Position numbers and translations under genes: made by a program. The notes under the pieces were generated by a model that did no database searches, was not told the origin of the DNA, and was given only the letters and a program-made list of their open reading frames with translations. Below are positions 18,752 through 28,519 of a DNA stretch of 64,000 bases, piece after piece. Source of the DNA: a virus; the IMG/VR virus record IMGVR_UViG_3300028706_000553; one strand, 5' to 3'. Numbering within the stretch: position 1 is the stretch's first letter; each line of letters opens with the position of its first letter.

Positions 18752-20177
18752 ACAATATATAGATAATGACCCGGAGACGCCTTCTTCAACATTTTGTGCG
18801 TTACCTTGGATGCACATTTCAACTCGCCCATCAGGTCATATGAGGGTATGCTGTACTGCAAATGCTTCTGCAGTACAAGATAAGAATTCAACAAATAAGA
18901 CAATATCAGAAGCGGGTGTTCTCAGAAGAGATGATGGGAAACCTGCTAACCTAGCAACCACACGTTTACTAGATGCATGGAATAATGAGTATATGAAATC
19001 CGTGCGTAGAATGATGCTTAAAGGTGAGCGTCCTGCATCTTGTTTAAAGTGCTTTAAGGAGGAAGATGCCGGACATAGAAGTAAAAGACAATGGGAAACA
19101 TCAAAATGGGTCAACGAACTCGGACTGGAAGATGTTCTTAGCGGAACAGAAGAGGATGGAACCATTCCTCCAAGAGTACGGTATATTGATCTTCGGCTTG
19201 GCAGTAAGTGTAATCTTGCATGCGTTATGTGCAGTCCTCACGATTCATCTAAATGGGTAAAAGAATATAAACAGATTTGGCCTACTCTAGAAAATAAAAG
19301 ACTCAAGTCTAATATGGAGTGGGAAAAGGAATCTGGGAAGTTAGCATGGTCGGGTGGTTCATATGCATGGCATAAAAAGAACCCGGAATTTTGGGAAGAC
19401 TTTTATGAACAGGTACCTACACTAAGACAGTTATATTGGGCAGGTGGTGAAGCACTTATAATGAATGAACATTATGAGGTTCTTGAAAAAATTATTGAAA
19501 TGGGGCATGCTAAAAATATTGAATTGAGATATAATTCAAATGGTATAGAATGGCAACCTAATTTATTTGATCTTTGGAAAGAATTTAAAAATGTTATTAT
19601 GCATTTTAGTATAGATGATTATGGTGAACGTAATCATTATATTAGATATCCTGCACCATGGAAAAGAGTTGTAAAACAATTACACAAAATAGATGATTAT
19701 CCACATGGCAATCTAAGATTAACAACTGCAACATGTGTTACAGCTCTAAATATTTTTTACCTACCTGAATTTATAACTTGGAAATTAGAAGAAGATTGGA
19801 AGTTATTAAATAAATTTCCTGCCGGTGCCGGAATGATAGATTTGCACTTAGCATATTGGCCGCCCCAATTAAATTGTAAAGTATTACCTGATTGGTTTAA
19901 AAAAGAAACAACATTAAAATATAAAGATTTTGGAAAATGGTTAAAGAGTAATTGGAAGAAGTGTAATGGGGTTGATGATTTAACTTGGGATGAATGGAAA
20001 GAGTTACCCTATGGTATAAAGAGATTAGAAGGATTAGTATCATTCATGAACGATGAAGATTGGTCGGAAAGGTTACCAGAAACAGTTGAATGGTGTTATA
20101 CAGTATCAAAAAAAAGAGATTTAGATTTTAATAAAATATTTCCAGATCTTGAATGGTTAGAGTGGTATAATAAATAG
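18735..20177 (+). CDS. Radical SAM protein with N-terminal twitch domain
   Basis: FCALPW...VCC...CLKCF; CNLACVMC; WAGGEAL; YNSNG; FSIDD. Confidence 0.92.
   Translation: MKDTYKQYIDNDPETPSSTFCALPWMHISTRPSGHMRVCCTANASAVQDKNSTNKTISEAGVLRRDDGKPANLATTRLLDAWNNEYMKSVRRMMLKGERPASCLKCFKEEDAGHRSKRQWETSKWVNELGLEDVLSGTEEDGTIPPRVRYIDLRLGSKCNLACVMCSPHDSSKWVKEYKQIWPTLENKRLKSNMEWEKESGKLAWSGGSYAWHKKNPEFWEDFYEQVPTLRQLYWAGGEALIMNEHYEVLEKIIEMGHAKNIELRYNSNGIEWQPNLFDLWKEFKNVIMHFSIDDYGERNHYIRYPAPWKRVVKQLHKIDDYPHGNLRLTTATCVTALNIFYLPEFITWKLEEDWKLLNKFPAGAGMIDLHLAYWPPQLNCKVLPDWFKKETTLKYKDFGKWLKSNWKKCNGVDDLTWDEWKELPYGIKRLEGLVSFMNDEDWSERLPETVEWCYTVSKKRDLDFNKIFPDLEWLEWYNK
20169..20176 (+). promoter_or_regulatory. Possible late-promoter variant AATAAATA
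   Basis: One mismatch to TATAAATA, at the gap before 20190; could be chance in AT-rich DNA. Confidence 0.3.
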
Positions 20178-20189
20178 TAAAAACATATT

Positions 20190-21002
20190 ATGAAATTGAC
20201 ATATTTAAATAAAACAGTTGAAATTAATATTCCATCAACCACAAAACGGTTAAAGCAACAAGTTCTAGAAGATTTTTTTGATTCATATAAAGATGCAGAT
20301 AAGGAACCATATGAAAATGAAGAATTTTTATTTAAATTGGGTTCGTTTGAAGGTTCTTCAGATATAGAAGAAATTCCTGTTAATGTTATAGGACAATGGA
20401 TGTCTGGTGGGGCAGATAGTTCTTTATTGGCTTATCTATTGTGTAAAAAAATACGTGATGAAGAATTGGATATTAAATTTCAACCTATATCTGTTCGTAG
20501 AGGCAGAGCGAACAATCCTATATATGCCGGAAACGTAATAGACTTTATAGAGGAAGATTTGGGTGTTGATTTCATTTTACCTCACGAGGTTTATTATCCT
20601 CCATTGGATGATGAATATATGAGAGAAATAAAAATATTTTGGGAAAGAGATGATTATAATTTTCGTCATCGTAAATTTGAAATATTATATTCAGGAATCA
20701 CTTCAAATCCACCAGCGGATGATTCAACAATACCTAAGAACAAAGAACGTGTTAGGGATGTCACTGAAGTTGATAAAATTGTTGAACAACGAAATGGATA
20801 TAGACATTATATAAATCCATTTATAAATGTTAATAAAAAATGGGAGGCAGAAGCATATAAAGATAAAGGATTATTAGATTCTTTATTTCCATTGACATAT
20901 AGTTGTGAAGGAAGTATTGAAGCCACAAAACATCATACTCAACATTGTAAAAGGTGTTGGTGGTGTCAGGAACGATATTGGGCATTTGGTAGATATGTAT
21001 AA
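20190..21002 (+). CDS. QueC-like PP-loop (adenine nucleotide alpha hydrolase) protein
   Basis: MSGGADSSLL PP-loop; TYSC...HCKRCWWCQER Zn-binding tail. Confidence 0.75.
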   Translation: MKLTYLNKTVEINIPSTTKRLKQQVLEDFFDSYKDADKEPYENEEFLFKLGSFEGSSDIEEIPVNVIGQWMSGGADSSLLAYLLCKKIRDEELDIKFQPISVRRGRANNPIYAGNVIDFIEEDLGVDFILPHEVYYPPLDDEYMREIKIFWERDDYNFRHRKFEILYSGITSNPPADDSTIPKNKERVRDVTEVDKIVEQRNGYRHYINPFINVNKKWEAEAYKDKGLLDSLFPLTYSCEGSIEATKHHTQHCKRCWWCQERYWAFGRYV

Positions 21003-22143
21003 TATAGAAGACAAGTCAAATAGATATCAGATTATTTGGGATTTAGGTCGTAGATGTTCTTATGCATGTACATATTGCCCCCCTCATCGTAATAATAAAA
21101 CTTCTCCGTTTATAGATTTTGAAACATTAAGAAAAACAATGAGTGGTGTTGCAGAGTATGCTCTTCTTTATGATAATTTTAGAAAGAAACCAGCTAAAAA
21201 GAAATTAAGTTTTACAGGAGGCGAACCAACTGTTCATCCGGATTTTTTTAAACTTTTAAAATATATTAAAAACGAATTTCCTGATTTTAGTAGAGGCCTT
21301 ACAACTAATGGTTGGTTTGGAAATAATATATTAGATAAGGTATTGTCTTATACCACCGGTGGCACTATATCATATCATTGTGAATCAACAAAGAAACAAA
21401 AAAATCAAGTAATATCAAATGCAATAGTTTTAAGAGAAAAATATAAATGTAATGTAATGTTTCATAAAGATTACTTTTGGGAATGTGTAGATGTTTGTGA
21501 AAAGTTGGAAAAGAATGGTGTTGATTTTGTGCCCAGAATTATTGGTGATGATAACCCCACCGACAAGAAATCGATTAAATATGGATATACTCATGTCTAT
21601 GGTCGCGAAGAAATGAAATGGTTTCGTAATTATTGGAAACAGAAAGGACAAAATGTTACAGAAGAAGGAGACACACAAAAAGGATTGGGAAGGCCATGTT
21701 GCGGAGGAAGATGTTTCAAAGCAGACGGCGTGGATAGTTATTTTCTCGCTGATACTAACTTTCTTGGTTGGAATTGTATGGTTAATTGGTACTTTCTCTT
21801 TTTAAATTCAGAAGCAAATCGAGTTTGGACTCATCAAACATGTGGTGTTAATTTAGATGGCGAAGTTGCACCACTGGGAAAGATTACAGACTTTGAAAAG
21901 ATTATTGATGAGTTAGAACATGAATTATATGTTCATAATCGTATACCGATGATTACATGTCCTAAAACATTTTGCGGATGCGGAATGTGTGTAACAAAAA
22001 CTAGTCAGAATATTGAACCTATGTTTACTAAACACGTTGTGTCTGGTTTAGACCATTTTATTGTTCCACAAAAAGAAAGTAATTATGAAGTTGATATAAC
22101 AACTAAAAAAGTTTTAAATGAACTTGATTCCTCAAATGTTTAA
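20995..22143 (+). CDS. Radical SAM protein with C-terminal Cys-rich domain
   Basis: WDLGRRCSYACTYC; FTGGEPT; TTNG; GWNC...CPKTFCGCGMC; ATG 20995 preferred over 20905. Confidence 0.9.
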   Translation: MYNIEDKSNRYQIIWDLGRRCSYACTYCPPHRNNKTSPFIDFETLRKTMSGVAEYALLYDNFRKKPAKKKLSFTGGEPTVHPDFFKLLKYIKNEFPDFSRGLTTNGWFGNNILDKVLSYTTGGTISYHCESTKKQKNQVISNAIVLREKYKCNVMFHKDYFWECVDVCEKLEKNGVDFVPRIIGDDNPTDKKSIKYGYTHVYGREEMKWFRNYWKQKGQNVTEEGDTQKGLGRPCCGGRCFKADGVDSYFLADTNFLGWNCMVNWYFLFLNSEANRVWTHQTCGVNLDGEVAPLGKITDFEKIIDELEHELYVHNRIPMITCPKTFCGCGMCVTKTSQNIEPMFTKHVVSGLDHFIVPQKESNYEVDITTKKVLNELDSSNV

Positions 22144-23122
22144 GATAGGTGTTGTTGAAATAGAATTATCTTCTTTATGTAATGCTAAATGTTCAGCATG
22201 CATGAGAACTATTTTGGATGAAAGAGATGAATGGTATTATAAAGGCAATGTATCTTTAGATGATATAATTGATTGGTTCGAGTCTCTTGATATATCTGAT
22301 ACCAAAATAAAGATGTGTGGGGTTCTAGGTGACCCAATGATTAACCCGGAATTATATGAAATAATATTTTATTTTCTATATGAAAAAAATGTCCGGGATA
22401 TTGAAATGTCAACAAATGGCGGCACACGACCAATACAATTTTGGAAAGACTTAGGACTATTATCAAAACAATCCAATAAAAGATTTCATATTCATTGGGC
22501 GGTTGATGGAGTTACAAGAAATGATTATAGAGAAAACGTTATCCTGGATAAAGTATGGGAAAATATTAATGCTTACCATTCTACTGGCGGCCATAGTATC
22601 TGGCAGTATATCATTTTTGATTATAATGAAAGTGAAGTTGAAATGGCTAGAACAAAGGCAAAAGAAAATGGAATGAAATTTGCCACTAGAGTAAGTTGGA
22701 GAAATACATCAGAAAAAGCTAAAGTAACTTCCAAAGCCGCCAATAAAATAGATTCAGATTCTTATGAAGTAGTTGAAAAAAGGGCTAGATCGAAACAATA
22801 TGAAGATGCCAGAATTGTTTGTAGACATAAAGTAAAGGGTGAAATATATATTGGGGCTAATAAAAGATTATGGCCGTGTTGTCATTTATATGATGAATCT
22901 ATATCACATAAATCAAATGATATAAATCACTTATATGGAAAAATCGGACACGACTTTAATGATTTAACAAAATATTCAATATCTAACATTTTAGAGAGCA
23001 ATTGGTTTAAAACCGAATTAGAAGCAAGTTGGAATAAATTACATTCTCTACATTTACCTAGATGTTATTTGACTTGCGGGGATAATGGAAAAAGAGCAGT
23101 AATTAAAAATGTGGAGCCATAA
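22118..23122 (+). CDS. Radical SAM/SPASM protein
   Basis: CNAKCSAC; CGVLGDP; TNGG; WQYIIF; WPCC; CYLTC. Confidence 0.9.
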   Translation: MNLIPQMFKIGVVEIELSSLCNAKCSACMRTILDERDEWYYKGNVSLDDIIDWFESLDISDTKIKMCGVLGDPMINPELYEIIFYFLYEKNVRDIEMSTNGGTRPIQFWKDLGLLSKQSNKRFHIHWAVDGVTRNDYRENVILDKVWENINAYHSTGGHSIWQYIIFDYNESEVEMARTKAKENGMKFATRVSWRNTSEKAKVTSKAANKIDSDSYEVVEKRARSKQYEDARIVCRHKVKGEIYIGANKRLWPCCHLYDESISHKSNDINHLYGKIGHDFNDLTKYSISNILESNWFKTELEASWNKLHSLHLPRCYLTCGDNGKRAVIKNVEP

Positions 23123-23280
23123 TGAAAAAGAAAACTGGTAAACGAAAAAGTAAATCATGGCGCAGACGTATTCCACGATGTACTCTATGTACAACATGGC
23201 GCTGGCTGGGCAATGCGAAAGAACGTATACGATTTAGCGACCGAAGAAGAATGAAAAATGTGGAACCGGAAAACGATTGA
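23122..23280 (+). CDS. Small basic CxxC protein (52 aa, not in the ORF track)
   Basis: MKKKTGKRKSKSWRRRIPRCTLCTTWRWLGNAKERIRFSDRRRMKNVEPEND; TAATG-coupled to the upstream gene and fills the only gap. Confidence 0.6.
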   Translation: MKKKTGKRKSKSWRRRIPRCTLCTTWRWLGNAKERIRFSDRRRMKNVEPEND

Positions 23281-24184
23281 GTGGATAGATGTTGAGTTAA
23301 CATCATTTTGTAATATAGCTTGCCCTGGCTGTCTTAGGCAAGAAAAGAGAGAGCAAGTTGAATCTATTTTAAATAAAAATATTATTGATTTTGAAGATCT
23401 TAAAAGATGGATTACCTCTAAAGAATTTCCTAATCTTAAATTATTAAATTTTTGTGGTTCCGTAGATGAGCCCACCCTTCATCCAGATATATTAGAAATT
23501 GTAAGACATTTTAAATCTTTTACAGATGTTAATATTGCATCTAATGGGTCTACCAAAACAAAAGAATTTTGGAAGGAGTTGGGTGAACTAGGGGCCTCAG
23601 TATTTTTTGGATTAGATGGAACAGATCAGGAATCATTATTAAAATATCGAATCGGTTCTAATTTTAAAAAAGTGCAAGAAAATTGGAGAGCCTTTATAGG
23701 AGCAGGAGGCAACGCAACTTGGCAGTTTATTGTGTTTGACCATAACGAGCACTTATTTGATGATGCAGAAAGAATGTCGGAAGAGGAAGGGTTTAAAAGA
23801 TTCAGAGCAATATTTTCTCATAGAGGAGGAAGTGGTGAAGTAAAAAAAGAAGTAGAAGAGGAAAAGGAGATTCGATGCAAATATGGAAATCAAAAAAGAT
23901 TATTTATAAATCATACCGGAGCAGTGCTGCCTTGTTGTTATTTAAATTCCGAAGCTTTAGAAATAGCTGCTACTAGAAAAGGAAAAACTAAATTTGGAAA
24001 AATTTGGAATGACTCCGGCGGAATTTTAGCAAATAATTTAAAATATAATACTATATCTGAAGTTATAGATGGTGAAATGTTTGACCTTATACAGAAATCT
24101 TGGGAGTGGCCGGATCCGGTAGAGAAATGTTGGAATACTTGTAAAGTTAAAAAAAGAGATATTTTTATAGATAAGGAGATATAA
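23258..24184 (+). CDS. Radical SAM/SPASM protein
   Basis: CNIACPGC; CGSVDEP; SNGS; WQFIVF; LPCC; CWNTC. Confidence 0.9.
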   Translation: MWNRKTIEWIDVELTSFCNIACPGCLRQEKREQVESILNKNIIDFEDLKRWITSKEFPNLKLLNFCGSVDEPTLHPDILEIVRHFKSFTDVNIASNGSTKTKEFWKELGELGASVFFGLDGTDQESLLKYRIGSNFKKVQENWRAFIGAGGNATWQFIVFDHNEHLFDDAERMSEEEGFKRFRAIFSHRGGSGEVKKEVEEEKEIRCKYGNQKRLFINHTGAVLPCCYLNSEALEIAATRKGKTKFGKIWNDSGGILANNLKYNTISEVIDGEMFDLIQKSWEWPDPVEKCWNTCKVKKRDIFIDKEI

Positions 24185-24185
24185 T

Positions 24186-25589
24186 ATGAAGCAATGTTTT
24201 TATGCAATGGGTGGAATCAATTATAAAAACGGAACTGTTTCATGTTGTCCAAGGCAGGCAGATCAATTAGTTTTTCAGAATGATACTTTTTTACCTTCAG
24301 AAATTTTCAATCATGAAAATTTTAAAGAGTTGAGAAGAAAACTTCATAATGATGAATGGCCTAATGGATGCGATACATGTGAATCAATGGAGGAAGTTGG
24401 TGTCGCTTCTATGAGAAATGATTTCACTTTAGAAAAGAATGGAAGCTTTTATAAGGATCAAGGAAAACCACCTGAAGGCGCTAATATATATACTGTTCAA
24501 TTTTATGAAGAATTTCATAAAGAACATTGTCCAGAAGAACATTTTTTAATAAAGTGTTATAATCCAGAAACTCATGAGACGAGGAATGAAGGGCTGAGAC
24601 ACATAGAACTTAGGTTTAGTAATGCTTGCAATTTTGCTTGTAAACATTGTTCTAAAGTATTTTCTTCTGGATGGAAAGGTAAGCTTCAAAATTTTATACC
24701 AGATGAAGAATCAAAGTTATACGATTTAAAACAATTATTGGGGACTGAGCATAGACATGATAAGGATGACGATTATGAAATGGCTTTAACTGTTGAACAA
24801 TCCTTACAAATAGTTGATGATTTAAATGCTAATTTTCCTTATCTAGAACATATTAATTTTGCAGGAGGAGAACTTTTATATCAAAAACAATTCCTTCCGG
24901 TATTAAAAAAATTAGGAGATCATCCTAATGCTTCTAATATACATCTTAGTTTTCATTCTAATTTTAATTCTGATTTTGATGTTGTTAAATTGTCTGAATT
25001 ATTATTACCATTTAGTACTTCCACTATTACAATATCGATTGATGCAGGCCGAACGTTTTATTCTTATTTTAGAAGTGGTGGGACATGGGAACAATTAGAA
25101 AAAAATATTAAAAAGTTTAGAGAATATAATGATTATACCTGGTTGGATATTACATGTACAACTTCAATATATCAAATGCTGGACATTTATGATGTATTTG
25201 AATCTTTTATAAGTTTAGAAGCATCTGTTAATATATCTATAGTGCAATCTCCAAAATATTTAGATCCTTCATTGATATTATTAGATTTTGAAAAAGAAAC
25301 AATGAAAGATATAGAAAAAACAGAGGAGCTAATTAAGTCATTTTTCGATAAACCTATAGAAAGGGTTTCCGAAAAAACTGGACACATGTATTGGGTAAAG
25401 CATGAACAAACTCTGGAAAAACTGCATCGCATAGTTAAATATATTAAAAGTTTTAAACCCAAATATCATGATTATAATAGATTTTTAATTTATAGAAAAA
25501 AATCCGATATGATATGGAATGAAAATTTTAATGACTATTTTCAAAACTATCAAATAGATGAACATAATGAATTGATTCGCGTAAAATGA
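24186..25589 (+). CDS. Radical SAM protein with N-terminal twitch domain
   Basis: CFYA...SCC...CDTC; CNFACKHC; FAGGELL; SIDAG. Confidence 0.9.
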   Translation: MKQCFYAMGGINYKNGTVSCCPRQADQLVFQNDTFLPSEIFNHENFKELRRKLHNDEWPNGCDTCESMEEVGVASMRNDFTLEKNGSFYKDQGKPPEGANIYTVQFYEEFHKEHCPEEHFLIKCYNPETHETRNEGLRHIELRFSNACNFACKHCSKVFSSGWKGKLQNFIPDEESKLYDLKQLLGTEHRHDKDDDYEMALTVEQSLQIVDDLNANFPYLEHINFAGGELLYQKQFLPVLKKLGDHPNASNIHLSFHSNFNSDFDVVKLSELLLPFSTSTITISIDAGRTFYSYFRSGGTWEQLEKNIKKFREYNDYTWLDITCTTSIYQMLDIYDVFESFISLEASVNISIVQSPKYLDPSLILLDFEKETMKDIEKTEELIKSFFDKPIERVSEKTGHMYWVKHEQTLEKLHRIVKYIKSFKPKYHDYNRFLIYRKKSDMIWNENFNDYFQNYQIDEHNELIRVK

Positions 25590-26608
25590 AACATTTTTGC
25601 ATGGCGCCATTTACTCATATACAAATGAACCCGGCCGGAGAAATAAATCCATGTTGTATTTTTGATAAAAGAATTTATCCAAGATATGATAGTTTAGAAA
25701 TGGCTTTTAATGGTCCAGAAAATTCGGAACTTAGAAGTAAGATGTTAAACGATGAATGGATTAAGGGTTGTGAAAAATGTTATAGGGATGATGAAATAGG
25801 TAAACCAAGTTATCGTAAAAATTTCAATAACAAATATGATAAAAGTTATATTCAAAATCCAAAAATAAAGGAACTAGAATTTTCTGCTTCCAATTTATGT
25901 AATTTTAAATGCATAGGTTGTAATTCTAAATTTAGTTCGGCGATTGGTGGAAAATTATATAAAAATTTATTACCGGATTTAGATTTAAGTGAATTAGAAG
26001 ATTTAAAGATTCTTGGTGGTGAGCCATTTATGGATCCACTGTATTTAGAATTGTTTAACACTCTTAAAATTGAAAATATTAATTTAATGATTGTTACAAA
26101 TAATTCTATTTTTCCAAATGAAAAATGGAGAGAGTATCTTACCAGATTTAAAAGTTTGAATTATAATGTTAGTATTGACGGAATTGGTGAGGTAGCGGAG
26201 TTTGTTAGATATGGAACCAAGTGGTCTCGATTTGAAAAGAATTTTGATAAACAATTAAAACATTTTTTCGTAATACCTCATTACGTCTTTCATACCCTTA
26301 ATAGCACGGACTTAACTGATACGATTAAGTGGATAGAATCAAAAGGGATAACTAATAATACTATATCATATGATTTTTTAGATGGACCGGAATGGTTGAA
26401 TGCATCTTATTTGCCTTCTAATGTAAAAGATATCATAATAAATAATAATGACAATTTTTTACAAAAAGAAATAATAAACTTCTTAAAGTCTAATGAATTT
26501 GATAAAAGTTATTGTATTAAGTTAATTAAGTGGATGAATGAAAGAGATGACCTTCCAGATAAATGTGAAGAGATATATTACGAGGTCTCCAAATGCTTAA
26601 AGTCTTAA
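25586..26608 (+). CDS. Radical SAM protein with N-terminal twitch domain
   Basis: FCMAPF...PCC...CEKCY; CNFKCIGC; ILGGEPF; SIDG. Confidence 0.92.
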   Translation: MKHFCMAPFTHIQMNPAGEINPCCIFDKRIYPRYDSLEMAFNGPENSELRSKMLNDEWIKGCEKCYRDDEIGKPSYRKNFNNKYDKSYIQNPKIKELEFSASNLCNFKCIGCNSKFSSAIGGKLYKNLLPDLDLSELEDLKILGGEPFMDPLYLELFNTLKIENINLMIVTNNSIFPNEKWREYLTRFKSLNYNVSIDGIGEVAEFVRYGTKWSRFEKNFDKQLKHFFVIPHYVFHTLNSTDLTDTIKWIESKGITNNTISYDFLDGPEWLNASYLPSNVKDIIINNNDNFLQKEIINFLKSNEFDKSYCIKLIKWMNERDDLPDKCEEIYYEVSKCLKS

Positions 26609-27507
26609 CCAAAGATGGTTTAAAATATTGTAATGATCAGACTATTAAAACAAGAACAAATTTTAAAGGTTGGCATTGCAGACAAACAAACTATATTATT
26701 GATGCCGGCTGGTGGGAAGTGGGTACTTCAGTTTGCAGAACACCTTATCCCGTTTCAATAGATGATTTTACTGAACCTAAAGAAATAATATGTCCTAATG
26801 AAAATTGTTTCTGTGGTACTGATATAGCTATGCCTAAAGGTAAAACAGAAGATCATATGTTGATGATTCCTGTTTACACCGATGTAAAAGGAAAATTAAA
26901 ACCGGATGATGAGGTTCTTGCTGTTTGGGGTGATGATGGTGTTTCCGTAGATTTTTATACAGATCGCAAATGTAATTTTAGATGTAGTTATTGTGATCCA
27001 CGTAGTCACAATTATAAAGGTGATTTAACGTCATTAGAACGGATGCAAGAAGCTTGGAATAAAGTTAATCCTTTAAATGTTAAAAAAATAATTATCTCAG
27101 GTGGGGAACCAACCCTTATTCCTCGTTATATAGATTTTGTAAAATGGTTAAAAGAAAAAGAACCTGAAGCAATTATTTGGACTTTAACTAATGGAACTAA
27201 ACAGGTATCTTACTTAAGAGAATTAAATAAATTATCATTAATAAACTTTTCAATACATCCAGAGTTTATTAATCATAGATATATTAATAAGTTGGAACGA
27301 TTTTGTGAAGAAGTAAATTTACCTTGCAAGATTAAAATTATGTATCTACCAAAATATGAAGAATTAATAACAGAGATATATTCAATGTTTAAAGGAAGAT
27401 TTGAAAAGGTATATGTAATGACAGTACCTTTATGGGATATGAATAATAACATGAATTTAATGAAATATACACCTGAACAACTTGATTTTATCCATGCGAC
27501 TCAGTGA
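26593..27507 (+). CDS. Radical SAM protein with its Cys-rich auxiliary domain at the N-terminus
   Basis: N-terminal FKGWHC...C...CPNENCFCGTD; then CNFRCSYC, ISGGEPT, LTNG, FSIH. Confidence 0.88.
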   Translation: MLKVLTKDGLKYCNDQTIKTRTNFKGWHCRQTNYIIDAGWWEVGTSVCRTPYPVSIDDFTEPKEIICPNENCFCGTDIAMPKGKTEDHMLMIPVYTDVKGKLKPDDEVLAVWGDDGVSVDFYTDRKCNFRCSYCDPRSHNYKGDLTSLERMQEAWNKVNPLNVKKIIISGGEPTLIPRYIDFVKWLKEKEPEAIIWTLTNGTKQVSYLRELNKLSLINFSIHPEFINHRYINKLERFCEEVNLPCKIKIMYLPKYEELITEIYSMFKGRFEKVYVMTVPLWDMNNNMNLMKYTPEQLDFIHATQ

Positions 27508-28519
27508 AGAAGATTTTACTAAGATACCTTGGCATGATATTGTAGCTCTCGGCACTAAGACAATGCTATATCGAGATACATTTACCATATCTTGGTTGTT
27601 AGGTAGATTTTGTAACTATAAATGTTCTTATTGTTGGCCATACGCCCGGGCAGATAAAAAAGATCACAGACCAACGGAACTATGTCTTAAAACTATTGAT
27701 GAAATAAAACGTCAAGCGAGAGATCAGGGATTTAATTCTTTTAACTGGTCTTTGTCTGGAGGTGAACCAACCTTTCATCCAGGTTACTTAGATATACTTC
27801 AGCACTTAGCTGATGACGAGCATGCTAAAAGACAAAGAATACATATGACTTCAAACTGTTCTCGTAAAATAAAATGGTTTGAAACATATATTAAATATGC
27901 ACAAAAATTTGACAAAGCATCAATTACAGCATCTGCTCATTTTGAACATTTAAATACCCAAGACAAGATAGCTGACTTTGCAGATAAGTTAGTTTTTCTT
28001 CAAGATAATGGAATTAGAATAACTATTAATATGGTGATGATCCCAGAGAGATTTTGGGCACTGACAGATCATGTTTTATATTTTAAAGAACGTGGTATTC
28101 ACACTACATTAAAACCACAATCAAATCCAACAGCAACAAAAGTTGTAGAAGGATATACTCAGGGACAATTAGATATTTTACATAATGATTCTAGACCATC
28201 TGATCGAGAGATAGATTTAATAGATTCAAAAGGAAATATATATGAATTGGACCAAGCTGAAAGATTTAACGCGTTTAATTTTAATGAATTCAAAGGCTGG
28301 GACTGCACGTCGGGTTTTCGTAGTATTATTATACGCGAGCCTTGTGGGAGCATTAAGCGGTCATATTCTTGCAGTGATCTACCTTTAGGAAATATAGAAA
28401 CTGGATTCAAATTATTTGATAAACCTATGCCCTGCATAACTGATAATTGTGTAAGTTCAGCAGATAGTAAAATTCCTAAACGAAAGCCAGAAAGTAATTA
28501 TCCATTATGGAAAAATTAA
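27482..28519 (+). CDS. Radical SAM protein with C-terminal Cys-rich domain
   Basis: WLLGRFCNYKCSYC; LSGGEPT; TSN; FKGWDC...CITDNCVSSAD. Confidence 0.9.
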   Translation: MILSMRLSEEDFTKIPWHDIVALGTKTMLYRDTFTISWLLGRFCNYKCSYCWPYARADKKDHRPTELCLKTIDEIKRQARDQGFNSFNWSLSGGEPTFHPGYLDILQHLADDEHAKRQRIHMTSNCSRKIKWFETYIKYAQKFDKASITASAHFEHLNTQDKIADFADKLVFLQDNGIRITINMVMIPERFWALTDHVLYFKERGIHTTLKPQSNPTATKVVEGYTQGQLDILHNDSRPSDREIDLIDSKGNIYELDQAERFNAFNFNEFKGWDCTSGFRSIIIREPCGSIKRSYSCSDLPLGNIETGFKLFDKPMPCITDNCVSSADSKIPKRKPESNYPLWKN

